64,000 nt of DNA from Okamejei kenojei (taxonomy: Eukaryota). The notes beneath the pieces were generated by a model. The model was not told the DNA's origin. It did no database searches and was given only the letters and a program-made list of their open reading frames with translations. The stretch is taken from NCBI GenBank assembly GCA_035221665.1, contig CM069144.1, positions 37,944,001 to 38,008,000 on the forward strand, in the 5' to 3' direction. Positions 51,520 through 63,527 of the stretch are shown here, in pieces (position 1 is the first letter of the stretch; each line of letters begins with the position of its first letter). The position numbers and the translations under genes are program-made.

Positions 51520-53918
51520 GAGGAAAAGGATTTCTTGGGATGTATGCGGGATAGTTTTCTAAACCAACTTGTAGAGGAATCAACCCTAAGACTGGGTACT
51601 GAGTAATGAGGAAGGGTCAGTTAGCAGTCTTGTTGTACGTGGCCCCTTGGGCAAGAGTGACCATAATATGGTTGAGTTCTTCATTAGGATGGAGAGTGAC
51701 AATTGTTAATTCAGAAACAAGGGTTCTGAACTTAAAGAAAGGTAACTTTGAGGTATGAGATGTGAATTGGCCAAGATAGACTGGCAAGTGATTCTTAAAG
51801 GGTTGACGGTGGATATGCAATGGAAGGCATTTAAAGACTGAATGGATGAACTACAACAATTGTTCATCCCAGTTTGGCAAAAGAATAAATCAGGGAAGGT
51901 AGTGCATCCGTGGATAACAAGGGAAATCAGGGATAGTATCAAAACTAAAGATGAAGCATACAAATTGGCCTGAAAAAGCAGCCTACCAGAGGACTGGGAG
52001 AAATTCAGTCCAGCAGAGGAGGACAAAGTGCTTAATTAGGAAAGGGAAAATAGATTATGAAAGAAAACTGGCACGGAACATAAAAACGGACTGCAAAAGA
52101 TTTTATAGATATGTGAAGAGAAAAAGGTTAGTTAAAACAAATGTAGGTCCTTTGCAGTCAGAAACTGGTGAATTGATCATGGGGAACAAGGACATGGCAG
52201 ACCAATTGAATAACTACTTTGGTTCTGTCTTCACAAAGGAAGACATAAATAATCTGCCGGAAATAGCAGGGGACCTGGGGTCAAATGAGATGGAGGAACT
52301 GAGTGAAATCCAGGTTAGCCGGGAAGTGGTGTTAGGTAAATTGAATGGATTAAAGGCCAATAAATCCCCAGGGCCAGATAGGCTGCATCTCAGAGTACTT
52401 AAGGAAGTAGCCCCAGAAAAAGTGGATGCATTAGTGATAATTTTTCAAAACTCTTTAGATTCTGGAGTAGTTCCTGAGGATTGGAGGGTAGCTAATGTAA
52501 CCCCACTTTTAAAAAAGGGAGGGAGAGAGAAAACGGGGAATTACAGACCAATTAATCTAACATCGGTAGTGGGGAAAATGCTAGAGTCAGTTTTTAAAGA
52601 TGGGATAGCAACACATTTGGAAAGCGGTGAAATCATTGGACAAAGTCAGCATGGATTTATGAAAGGTAAATCATGTCTGACGAATCTTATAGAATTTTTC
52701 AAGGATATAACTAGTAGAGTGGATAAGGGAGAACCTGTGGATGTGTTATATCTGGACTTTCAGAAGGCTTTCGACAAGGTCCCACATAAGAGATTAGCAT
52801 ACAAACTTAAAGCACACGGTATTGGGGGTTCAGTATTGATGTGGATAGAGAACTGGCTGGCAGACAGGAAGCAAAGAGTAGGAGTAAACGGGTCCTTTTC
52901 AGAATGGCAGGCAGTGACTCGTGGGGTACTGCAAGGCTCAGTGCTGGGACCCCAGCTATTTACAATATATATCAATGATCTGGATGAGGGAATTGAATGC
53001 AACATCTCCAAGTTTGCAGATGACACGAAACTGGGGGGCAGTGTTAGCTGTGAGGAGGATGCTAGGAGGCTGCAAGGTGACTTGGATAGGTTGGGTGAGT
53101 GGGCAAATGCATGGCAGATGCAGTATAATGTGGATAAATGTGAGGTTATCCACTTTGGTGGCAAAAACAGGAGGGTAGATTATTATCTGAATGGTGGCCG
53201 ATTAGGAAAATGGGAGATGCAACGAGACCTGGGTGTCATGGTACACCAGTCATTGAAAGTAGGCATGCAGGTGCAGCAGGCTGTGAAGAAAGCGAATGGT
53301 ATACCAAAAGGATTTGAGTACAAGAGCAGGGAGGTTCTACTGCAGTTGTACAGGGTCTTGGTGAGGCCACACCTGGAGTATTGCGTACAGTTTTGTTCTC
53401 CTAATCTGAGGAAAGACATTCTTGCCATAGAGAAGGTTCACCAGACTGATTCCTGGGATGGCAGGACTTCCATATGAAGAAAGACTGGATAGACTCGGCT
53501 TGTACTCGCTGGAATTTAGGAGATTGAGGGGGGATCTTATAGAGGCTTACAAAATTCTTAAGGGGTTGGACAGGCTAGATGCAGGAAGATTGTTCCCGAT
53601 GTCGGGGAACTCCAGAACAAGGGGTCACAGTTTAAGGATAAGGGGGAAGTCTTTTAGGACCGAGATGAGAAGATCTTTTTTCACACAGGGAGTGGTGAGT
53701 CTGTGGAATTCTCTGCCACAGAAGTTAGTTGAGGCCAGTTCATTGGCTATATTTAAGAGGGAGTTAGATGTGGCCCTTGTGGCTAAAGGAATCAGGGGGT
53801 ATGGAGAGAAGGCAGGTACAAGATCCGGAGTTGGATGATCAGCCATGATCATATTGAATGGCGGTGCAGGCTCGAAGGGCCGAATGGCCTACTCCTGCAC
53901 CTATTTTCTACGATTCTA
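51520..53918 (+). mobile_element. Young 5'-truncated CR1 LINE
   Basis: Runs from the endonuclease end (PLGKSDHNM) through the RT to the 3' tail ggcctactcctgcacctattttcta. Confidence 0.97.
51951..53477 (+). pseudogene. CR1 ORF2 reverse transcriptase remnant (508-aa open stretch)
   Basis: NYRPINLTSVVGKMLE, QHGFMKGKSCLTNL, LDFQKAFDKVPH, QGSVLGP and FADD. The N-terminus is frameshifted, there is a small deletion near 53300, and a frameshift near 53435; the C-terminus continues in ORF 53458-53838. Confidence 0.95.
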
Positions 53919-53944
53919 AGATTAAAATCTCAGATCCCAAAAAA

Positions 53945-54295
53945 CTAGTGGGCATAGTTTACGGTAAGAGAAGAGAGATTTAAAAGAGAGTTCGGGGCAA
54001 AATGTTCACTTGAAAAGTAGTCTGTATTCAGCCTGTACATGGCAGTCTGTACATGGCTGTGATCAGCCATGGTCACATTGAATGGCGGTGCTCGCTCAAT
54101 GGGCCGAATGGCTTATTCCTGCACCTATTGTCTATTATATCTGAAATAAGCTGCAGGAGGAAGCAGATGCGCGTACGACTTTCAAAATACATTTTTAGAG
54201 GGATTTGGGCCAAATGCGGGCAAATGAGATGAGTCCTGAATACCAACAACTGGTATGAACCGAAGATACGTTTCCATGCTGTGTAGCCTTCTGCT
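53945..54295 (+). mobile_element. Older CR1 3' end containing an extra short CR1 tail (54060-54136)
   Basis: gggcatagtttacggtaagag... is interrupted by gatcagccatggtcacattgaatggcggtgc...cctgcacctattgtctatt. Confidence 0.75.
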
Positions 54296-55379
54296 GTATG
54301 TACACTCCCACTTTAGTATCAGGTGTTTAAATCTCCCTCCACAATGCTGAGAAAACGTTGCACTATCAGTATCTGTACAAGACGTGTTACAAGAGTTGAT
54401 GTAATAGCTCACACTGAATGATATTTATCCTCAATCAGTAGAACTAAAGCAAATTAATTGTCACTATCACCTCTTTGTACAGTTCAAACTTTGTTTCCTG
54501 AATTAAACACTGCACCTTGAAAGGTTGGTTTCTGAGACTGCATTGGGTGAACACAATGCACAAGCCTTTTTTTAAAATAGCTCTCAGGCACAAGAACATA
54601 CCAGCAGAGGAACACTGCGGCCAACTGCAAATGATCCATCCTCAGTGAGATAACCCCACTCAGACTTGGCTCAAAGATGCTCAAGGTCTGTTTGGCTCAG
54701 TTTCACACGCAGTTATCCCTAGCAACCAGTCTCGGGGAGCATGGCTTTTTTCTTGTTCTACGTCAGTTGCCAGGAAGTCAATGGTTCGACAGATAATCTA
54801 AAGACCTTAAGATCAAACCACGGGGTAGAGGTGCAAATCTGTTTAAATGAAAAGCTGATATCATTAATAATATCTGATTTAGCTGTTGGTTTACTAAGGT
54901 GCTCAGGAAATGAAATCTGCCCTCTTTTATCTGACTGATATGCCGACAATCACAACATGATTGCAACAGTCAATGTAGGCAGTCCAGTATCATCTTCCCA
55001 GGATCATGTGGGTTAGAGCTGGAGCTGGTGGAAAATTCTTTCCTCCACTCCAATAACACAGAACTAAAAGCAATCACAAAGAATAAAGAAACACGTCAAT
55101 TAATGGCTGCGTAATCTTTCTTCCTAATGAGAGTCTTTAAACTTGGAAAACCATGTCAATCCTGAAGCATCAACATTAATAATTCCAGCTGATGGAAACC
55201 TGATGTAATATTCCTGAGTGACTCTCCATGAAATCACCTTCCACCACCATCATCAAAGACCCTATCTACTCCATTTTTGTTTTCCCAAACCCCAGTTATT
55301 CTCCCTCAATGCTTCATCCACAACTCAGCTCTTGACAGACCGCACGATTGTGTTAGCAGACATGAAATCTCTCATTTCC

Positions 55380-55488
55380 CTTTCCCCTGACTCTACTCTG
55401 AAGAAGGGTCTCGACCCAAAACATCACCCATTCCTTCTATCCAGATATGCTGCCTGTCCCGCTGAGCTACTCCAGCCATTTGTGTCCA
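55380..55488 (+). mobile_element. Penelope-derived hammerhead unit
   Basis: ctgaagaagggtctcgacccaaaacatcaccc from 55398; both CpGs of CGAAACG decayed. Confidence 0.8.
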
Positions 55489-55489
55489 A

Positions 55490-55713
55490 CGTTGGAATAC
55501 AATACGCTTGTGGCGGCCCCTGGTGGTTAGCCACTCGTCGTGCGAACCCTCGGCTCTGATGGTTGGGTCATGTGACTTGGTTTGGCGGGTATACTGCTGG
55601 TAACACCCTTGCCTCTTGTTGTGGTTCTGAGAGCTGTTCTGTGTTCATCTAATAAAGATCACTTGTTTGACAACATGTGTCTCGCTATATGATCTTCTGG
55701 TTTCGCGATTACA
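55490..55713 (+). mobile_element. Probable solo LTR (possibly 5'-clipped)
   Basis: About 225 bp, CpG-rich. Begins (c)gttgg, ends ...gattaca, with AATAAA at 55651 about 60 bp before the end. No TSD could be confirmed. Confidence 0.5.
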
Positions 55714-56089
55714 AGAGCGATATCGAGCTCCTCCGGTTCACACAAGAGCTGGAGGGATATGGTTATCAGAAGAGGTTGTGGCTCTTCTCACCAGTGAAAA
55801 GACAGATGGGCGACATGATTGCAGTGTTCAAAATAATAACATGATTTAATAGCTGCAACTAGAGATTGTGGAACCTAAAAACTAAGGCCCATCAATAAAA
55901 GGTAGACTTTAAACCTTTCAACTAGACATTCAGGGGAAACTCAGAAAGTGGATTGCATACCATAAGGACGTTGTCATGAAAGGTATTAGAGGCATTTAAG
56001 GGATGGCAGGAGAAGTGTGAGGAATAGCACAGTGTTGGCTATGAGACCTTTACAGCCACACCCCTGCCCAAGTGACACTGCCATCAAAG

Positions 56090-58080
56090 AGGTTGTAAAT
56101 TTGGTCAAAAAGAAAAGAGAGGTACATGCGAGGTTTAAGAGGTTGGACTCAGACAGGGCATTTGGGAATATAAGGACAGAAGGAAAGAAGTCAAGCTGGA
56201 GATTTGAAGGGCCAAAATGAACCACAAAATGGCTCTGGCAGGTCAGATTAAAGAAAATCAAAAGGCTTTTTACACCTATATTATAAACAAGAGGATAACC
56301 AGAGAAAAGAAAGGACCACTCAAGGATAAATGAGGGAATTTGTGCTTGGAGTCTGGGGATGTAGGCGAGGAACTAAACGAGTACTATTCATCTATTTTCA
56401 CCAAAGAGAAAGATACGTGATCAGGGTGAAATCAGGGTGGAAAATGTAAATATGCAAGGGAAGTTTGAGACAAAGTACAGAAGAGACGGAGGAGCTTTTG
56501 GGACACTTGAAGAGCATTAAGGTGGACAGATCCCCAGGACTTGATGGGATTTATCCCTGGTTGTTAAGAGAGGCAAGATCGGAGTTTGCGGGAGCCTTGA
56601 CAAAAATATTTGTGTCTTCTCTAGCCACAGGCAAGGTCCCAGAGGACTGGAGAGTAGCTAATGTCGTTCTTTTATTTAAGAAGGGAAGAGGAGAACATTA
56701 AGGGGATTAAAGGCTGGTGAGCCCTGCATCAGTGGTAAGGAAACTATTTGAGAAGTTTTTTTAGGATAAAATTTACTTCCATTTTGGAGAGAATGGGTTA
56801 ATTAGGAACAGTCAGCATAGCTTTGTATATGGCAGGTCGTGTCTTACTAATCTGATCAGGTTTTTTTTTGAGGAGATGACAAAGATGATTGATGAGGATA
56901 GTGTGTTGATGTTGTCTACATAGATTTCAGTAACGCATTTGATAAAGTTCCCCCACGATAGGTTGATCCAGAATGTTAAGATGTACGGTATTAATAGTGA
57001 CTGAGTCATATGGATTCTGAACTGGCTTACTGATAGAAGACTGGGGGTGGTGGTGGAAGGACAACATTCAGGCAGGAGGTCTGTGACCAGTGGAGTTCCG
57101 CAGGGATCAGTGCTGGGACCGCTGCTGTTTGTGACACATATAAATGACTTGAACGCAAAAGTCGGCAGGATGATTCATAGATTTGCAGATGACACTAAGA
57201 TTGCTGGGGTCACGGACTGTAGGAAGGCTGCTAAAATATGCAGCAAGATCTAGATCAGCAACAGAAATTGGTGGAGAAATGGCAATTGGAGTTTAACCGG
57301 AGAATGTGCGAGATATTTCACTTTTGGAAGCCAAATGTAAGGGGAATAATACAATGAATGACTTGGCCCTTAACGGCATTAATGTACAGAGGGGTTTTCA
57401 GAGAGTTATGGATCCAAGTCCATAACTCTCTGAAAGTGGCAACACTGGTAGATAGATTAGTAAAGAAAGTAGAAGGTATGCTTGCTTTTAGAGATTGGGG
57501 CATTGAGAAGAGTGAGGAAGTCATAATGCAACTTTATAGGGCTTTGGTTAGGTCACGTCAGGAGTATTGTGTGCAATTCCAGTCACACTATTGCAGAAAT
57601 GATGCGGAGGGTTTGGAAAGTGTGCATAGGAGGTTTACCAGAAAGATGAATGGATTAGGGGCTATTAGCGAAGAGAGAGGTTGGACAGACTTGGATTGTT
57701 TATCTCTGGAACACTAGAGATTACATGGATACCTGATAGAAGTATATAAAACTTCATAAAGGTATGAGAGATATAGATAGGGTAGGCAATCAGTATCCTT
57801 TTCCCAGAATGGAAGAGTTAAATACTAGAGATTAGAGGTTTAAGGTGAGAGGGTCAACATTTAAAGGAGATTTGTGGGGCAATTTTCTTTGCACAGAGGG
57901 TGGTGAGTGCCTGGAATGCACTGTCAGGGGCGGTGGTTGTAGCAGATATGTTAGTGGCATTTAAAATACATTTGGATTGGCATGTGATATGCAGGGGATG
58001 TTGTAACATGGGTTATGTGCATGGAGATAAGTGATGGTCTTGGCATCTGTTCTTGTACTCTTTTATGTTCTCTGTTCTAT
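56090..58080 (+). mobile_element. Decayed CR1/HER1-type LINE (different subfamily)
   Basis: Encodes [47 protein letters not shown] and LYRALVR..EYCVQF; many stops. Confidence 0.92.
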
Positions 58081-59147
58081 AGACTGAGAGACCGACATGG
58101 TTCTGGATTGTTCAGGAGGTTTGGATGACAACAAGACATGGTCTATAATTGGCAGACCTTCTCACATGCGACAGCAGAATATATATTTTTAATTCATTTT
58201 CAGAATATGAGATTGCTAGTGTTTAGCACTGTCTTGTGAATTGGCTTTAGAATTAGCTCTGTCACTTACTTTATTGGCAAAGGGAGGGGCTGCCTTGTAT
58301 CAGGCAATGATCCAGAAGGAACAGATGGCAAAATGCGGACTGATTAGGCAAAACTTCTCAGTCAAACATGCAGCGTAAAAGAGAACCAGTGTTCAGCACT
58401 CGCTGAATGTTACCAACATTCAGGCACATGGAACTCGAGTTCTCTCCTGCAGTCCCCTTTCGCTATAATTGGAGGTTATTCAATATGAAACACTTCATAT
58501 CCAGCCTTCTGCTCTAGAGATTCAAAAGACAAAGAGATGTCAGTGGATTGATATAATCTCAACACAATCTAGCCCGTGTAAGGGTCACACATTGAAGGAT
58601 CTAATTATTCTGCACCCGCAGAGTGAATGTCGATTTTTTTTTTTGTCCCTCGCTCTTACAGTGCAAAAAAAATTAATGATTTAAGTGAAGCCTTCTTGAT
58701 ATTCTTCCATATTCTTCCAACTCCCATCCAAAACATTTCAGCTTAATATTAATGCAAAGGTGGGGGGGTGTGGAAACCAACAAGACATTTGACTGATTAT
58801 TGTGGCTGGCTAAACTGATTATAAAAAGTTGAAGAGAAATTTATTCACAAAGGCAGCAAGATCCAGGAAAGGCAGCTTTTATTCTCTCACAGAAACCTTC
58901 TGAACCAGCTGTCAAAAGTGAATTAGCATCAGATATAGAGAGGGAGTCCCCACATATTGCAAGTGACAGATAGGAACAGTTCAGGTCACTTTCTAGGCAG
59001 CTAAGCAATAAGAAGAAGGCAGAGAGTAAACATATACTTAACATGAAATATAGACCCGAAGATAAAAAGACAGTCTCAGGTAAATTAACAAAAGTAGCTT
59101 CAGGGAACTGGGGGATTCTTGGGGAATTTCTAGACTATCCCGCACTT

Positions 59148-59196
59148 AGTAAAACACTATATCATATGTTTAAGCATATGATATAGTGTTATTACT
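59148..59196. repeat. AT-rich near-perfect palindrome
   Basis: aacactatatcatatg (59153-59168) versus catatgatatagtgtt (59175-59190) with a 6-nt centre tttaag. Confidence 0.92.
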
Positions 59197-59337
59197 GGGT
59201 TTAGATGTGATTATTTTAAGGCAAATGTATAATACTAAGAAGTATTTATTGGAAGATCCAAAAGTTAGGCTGTGGACAAATAAAAAATGTTGTTCTTAAT
59301 TCTGAACTTAATGAAAGCAAAGAGAAATTGAAAGGAG

Positions 59338-60000
59338 TGGTAGACACAAGGTGCTGGAGTAACTCAGCGGGTCAGGCAGCATCTCTGGGGAAAAGGATGG
59401 GTGATGTTTTGGGTCGAGCCCCTTCTTCAGACTGACAGAAGGGGGGAGGGAACTGTAGGTAAGAAAAGGCCAAATCAAAACAGTTGACCAAGGAAGGGTG
59501 GAGCCTATAAAGGCCCTTTGTTGGCTGGGGGAGAGGTGATAATGAAGAGCTGTGCAACTAGTAGGATCCCCTAGTAGGATGGGCAATGAAGGGAGAGAGG
59601 GAATGCAGGGGTTACTTGAAATTAGAGAAATTAACATTCATTATGCTGGGTTGTAAGCTGCTGTTCCTCTAATTTGCATGTGGCCTCACTCTTGACAGTG
59701 GAGGAGGCCCAGGACGGAAACGTCAGTATGGGAATGGAAAGGGGAGTCCTGCTGGCATACTCCCCCGCCCTAGTCATCCTACTAGTTTCCCTCTCTCTCC
59801 CCTCCTCCACCCTAGATGTCCTACTTCTTCCACTGTTCAAATCCTTATATCCCTTTGTTATCACCTCTTCTCCAGCTAACAATGGGCCACCACCTTTCCT
59901 TCGTCATGTATTGCCGACCTGCTTTGTTCTGACCTATTTCTCCAGAGATTTGTCTATATCTTCGGTATAAACCAGCATCCGCAGTTCCTTTCTACACACA
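59338..60000. mobile_element. Penelope 3' end (minus, 59338-59750) joined to an inverted 3' UTR copy (plus, 59750-60000)
   Basis: Minus strand encodes SEATCKLEEQQL and has ctgaagaaggggctcgacccaaaacatcaccc. The plus part ends gcatccgcagttcctttctacaca. Confidence 0.8.
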
Positions 60001-60844
60001 TTGAAAGCAGTGATCCTGTTGCGTGTCAGCTGAGGGTCATTGGGTTGTACGTGAATCGAGAATTTTGCTTTCAAGTCCCTCTCCAGGGACTGAAGCACAA
60101 AATCCCGATGGAGTAGAGATGGTGCCCTTTGGAGAGTCTACCAACCTTCAAATTGATTAAAAGAACTAAAGCCGTTCTGCTCAGGTGGATGGAAGACCCC
60201 ATAACAGCATCATGAAGGTCACCCCACTGTTTACTCTATTTACTCAGATGAAATCTGTTGATGGGCCTTGTTGCCCTCAAAACTCTTAAGTGGCCGCATC
60301 GCTCTTTGGGAAGTTATGACATTCTGAAAGGTGAGGTCTTCCTCTTCAGGCTGACAAAACAAGACAGACCTCCTTGGATCTCTTCTGCCAACAGCTTTGC
60401 AAGCAGCGGAAACAGACACAGTCCACTCGCCAGGAAGTTCAACGAGTGTTGACAGCAATGTTCTGGCGAAATGGTCTAAGTAAACATTAGGGCAACTTGA
60501 ATGTTTTAAATCACATTCAGTGGTTCTCTGGCAGGCAGAGTTATTTGAGCATTAAACTCCTTTTAGTTTTGTCCTGTTTACTAGCAATAGACTAATTATA
60601 CTTAACTCACAAGAACAAAGCTTTCATATTTTGTTTCTTTATAAATGTGGCTCTTACCCAAAAAATAGAAGAGCACAGCTATAGGGAATCTGCAGGCAGG
60701 GCGAGATGACTCTGAAACAGTTCCATCGCGGTTTCCCATCAGAACAATTCCATCAATTGGAACATCTGTATTGCGCAATTCTCCCAGTGCTGAGCAAACT
60801 ATTTGTACATCCGAACAGAACGTTCCATTAGAAGTTGAAAAATC

Positions 60845-61380
60845 CAGAACATGGAACAGTACAGTACAAGAACAGGTTCTTCAGCCTACAATGCCTGTGC
60901 TGAACATGATGCCAGGATGTTAACTGCCTGTACATAATCCATATTCATATCATAATCCATATCTCTCAAGATAGGGCTCTTAAAAATAGCGGAGTCAGAG
61001 GACATGGGGAGAGGGCAGGAATGGGGTACTGATTGGGGATGATCAGCCATGATCACATTGAATGGCGCTGCTGGCTCGAAGGGCCAAATGGCCTACTCCT
61101 GCACCTATTGTCTATTTTCTATATCCCTCTATTCCCAACATGTCCACGTGCCTATTCAAAATCACTTAAATGCCAATACTGTATCTGCTGCCACCACCAC
61201 CTCCGGCGGCGCGTTCCTGGCACCCACCACCCTATGTGTAAATAACTCGCTCAACGCATCTCCATTAAGCTTTGCCCCTCTCGCCTTAAAGATATGCCCT
61301 CTAGTATTTGATATTCCCATCATAGGAAAGAGTTGCTATCTACCCCATAAATGCTTCTCATAATTGTATATACTTCAATC
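60845..61380. mobile_element. CR1 3' end (minus) with a nested CR1 tail (plus, 60965-61122)
   Basis: Both tail types are recognisable from other copies in the window. Confidence 0.75.
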
Positions 61381-61589
61381 AGAATATAAATATTTTAAAG
61401 AGGTGACCTTTGTGCATCACGGAGTTAATTGAGTTGGGGGGGGCCGACTATATTGATTTTCTCTAATAGTTTCCTCATGCTGACGAGTTTGCCAAAAAGA
61501 AAATCAAACTCACACTCTGAGAATGCAAAACTAGATTGCACTATAATCTGAGACCATTCTGCTGTTTTGCACTCATTGTATTTAAAGAT

Positions 61590-61830
61590 ATAGAGTCATA
61601 CAGTGCAGAAACAGGCTCTTTGGCTCAACTGTCTTATGCTATCCAAGATGCCCCATCTACACTAGTTCAACCTGCATGCGTTTAGCCCATATCTCTCTAA
61701 ACCTTTCCTATCTATGTAGAAATGTCTCTTGAATGTTGTTATAGTACCTGCCTCATCTACCTCCCTTGCAGCTCATTCCATAAACCCACCACCCTGTGTG
61801 TGAAAAAGTTGCCCCTCAAATTCATGTTCA
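61590..61830 (-). mobile_element. CR1/HER1-type 3' end
   Basis: catacagtgcagaaacaggc ... cccatatctctctaaacctttccctatc. Confidence 0.75.
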
Positions 61831-63059
61831 GGTCGTCTCAAGTTAAAGATCCAAATTCTTCACTGGCCACATCGAGTACCTGTCTATTGGAATAAGTTCA
61901 AATCGAATAAAAACCTTTTGCAGGCATGGGGATCAAAACTATGACCTGTATTCCAGCTGTGGCCTCACAATTGTGACAAACCATCCCTATTTCTACTCTT
62001 GGCTTCGTGCCTCTTTTATTCAACCTATTGTGCTTGCCTCTGGTCGACATGGATGAGTTGGGCTGAAAGGCCCGTTTGCAAGACTAAATCCCCCTATTCC
62101 AACTTGCCACTTTCCCTCCACAGTCAGCCATTAATTATTCCTGTTGCAAATGAATAACTAAAATTTATCAGCCTCATGTGTAAGAAACCAATTCTCGGAA
62201 TTCTCATTATATTCTTAGCCAAGGGGCGCCCCGCTGAATCAGGGACAGGAAGAATCTGTCCTCTGCCCCATTTGTGCTGGATTTGTGATCAGCTCAATGT
62301 GATAATTTTTGCATGCAGGCATGGTTGCCATAGAAATAGCAGCTTCCTTCTTTGTCCCTTAATTCTAAACTAAAAAATTAACTAACTGGGTTAGCGAGTG
62401 CCGCGTGCACCTATTTTGCACGCACTGATTCTTCTCTCCTTAATCACTTCGTTGCAGATTGATTACATTCTTTTTAAACCTCCTTGTGCAGTGGATCCCA
62501 TTTAAATTCTTTGTTTGACAAGAGCATTAGATATTTGGGTGGAGGAGGAATAAATGGAGGAAGGGGAAGGGATTTAGACTCTCCCAGATGGTTTGCACGC
62601 CACTAAATAAGAACAGCTGAACCTACCACAGCAGGAGGAATATTTCGCCAACAGCTCTTGTTCTGATGAGCCCTTTGTTGGACAGGTGTTCTCAATTCGA
62701 TGGGTAACTGCGCATTGCATATTAAAGGTTGCTCCATATAAGAGACAGACACTCTCCCAATGATGGGGAGAAAAGGAAAGAGGGGAAGTGAGAGGAGAGA
62801 TAGAGAGAGAGGAATGGCACAAATAAAGCAGAGGATCAGTTAGCTCATTCGGTGGAAAACCTACTAGTTGACCTGGTCACTACTCTTTCCTGCCAGCTAT
62901 TTTGTTCCCTGTTCCCTAATGAAGTATAAAATTGTGTAACATGACTTTCCTTTCAACTCCATCAGTTTCCCACCGGGACACGGCTTTCCCATTGAACTGG
63001 TTACAATTATAGCTATAATAATGCTGATCAATTGTCTCATGATGAATTACACTTCCCAA

Positions 63060-63420
63060 TTTAGTGTCAGTTTAGTCATACAGCACAAAATCAGGCCTTT
63101 CCGCCCACTTGAGTCCATGCTTACCATCAAGCACCCAGCTACTCCACTCCCATTTTTATTCTCCCGAACCCATCGACTACTCGTCAACCCCCCCACCCCC
63201 AATGATTCTGCCACTCACCTACACATTTCAGTCAATTTACAGTGAACAACTAATCCACCAACCCACAAGCCTTTGGGATGTGAGAAGAAATTGGAGCCCC
63301 CAGGGGAAATCTAGACACGGAGAACATGAAACTCCACATAGATATCAAGCACCAGAGGCCAGGATTGAACCTGGGTCACAGGAGCTGAGAGGTAGCAGCT
63401 CTGATAGTTGTGTCATTGCA
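63060..63420 (-). mobile_element. Diverged HE1-type SINE
   Basis: tttgggatgtgagaagaaa ... caggattgaacctgggtc ... gagctgagaggtagcagctct. Confidence 0.7.
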
Positions 63421-63527
63421 TCACCCAACGATATAAATCTTAGCAGCATACTGAAGCAGCAGTGTGAATGGTCACACGTGACACTAAAAGAGTACAAAAA
63501 TGCCCTTTGGTCCAACTAATCTGTGCT

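Noticed and set aside
52760-53428. Antisense ORFs overlapping the CR1 RT (also at 3896-4597)
   Set aside because: These are shadow frames of CR1 coding sequence and recur in each copy only because the copies are homologous.
51951-53477. 508-aa ORF as a functional or domesticated reverse transcriptase gene
   Set aside because: It starts in a frameshifted segment, lacks the endonuclease, has a deletion and a C-terminal frameshift, and is a typical young truncated CR1 copy.
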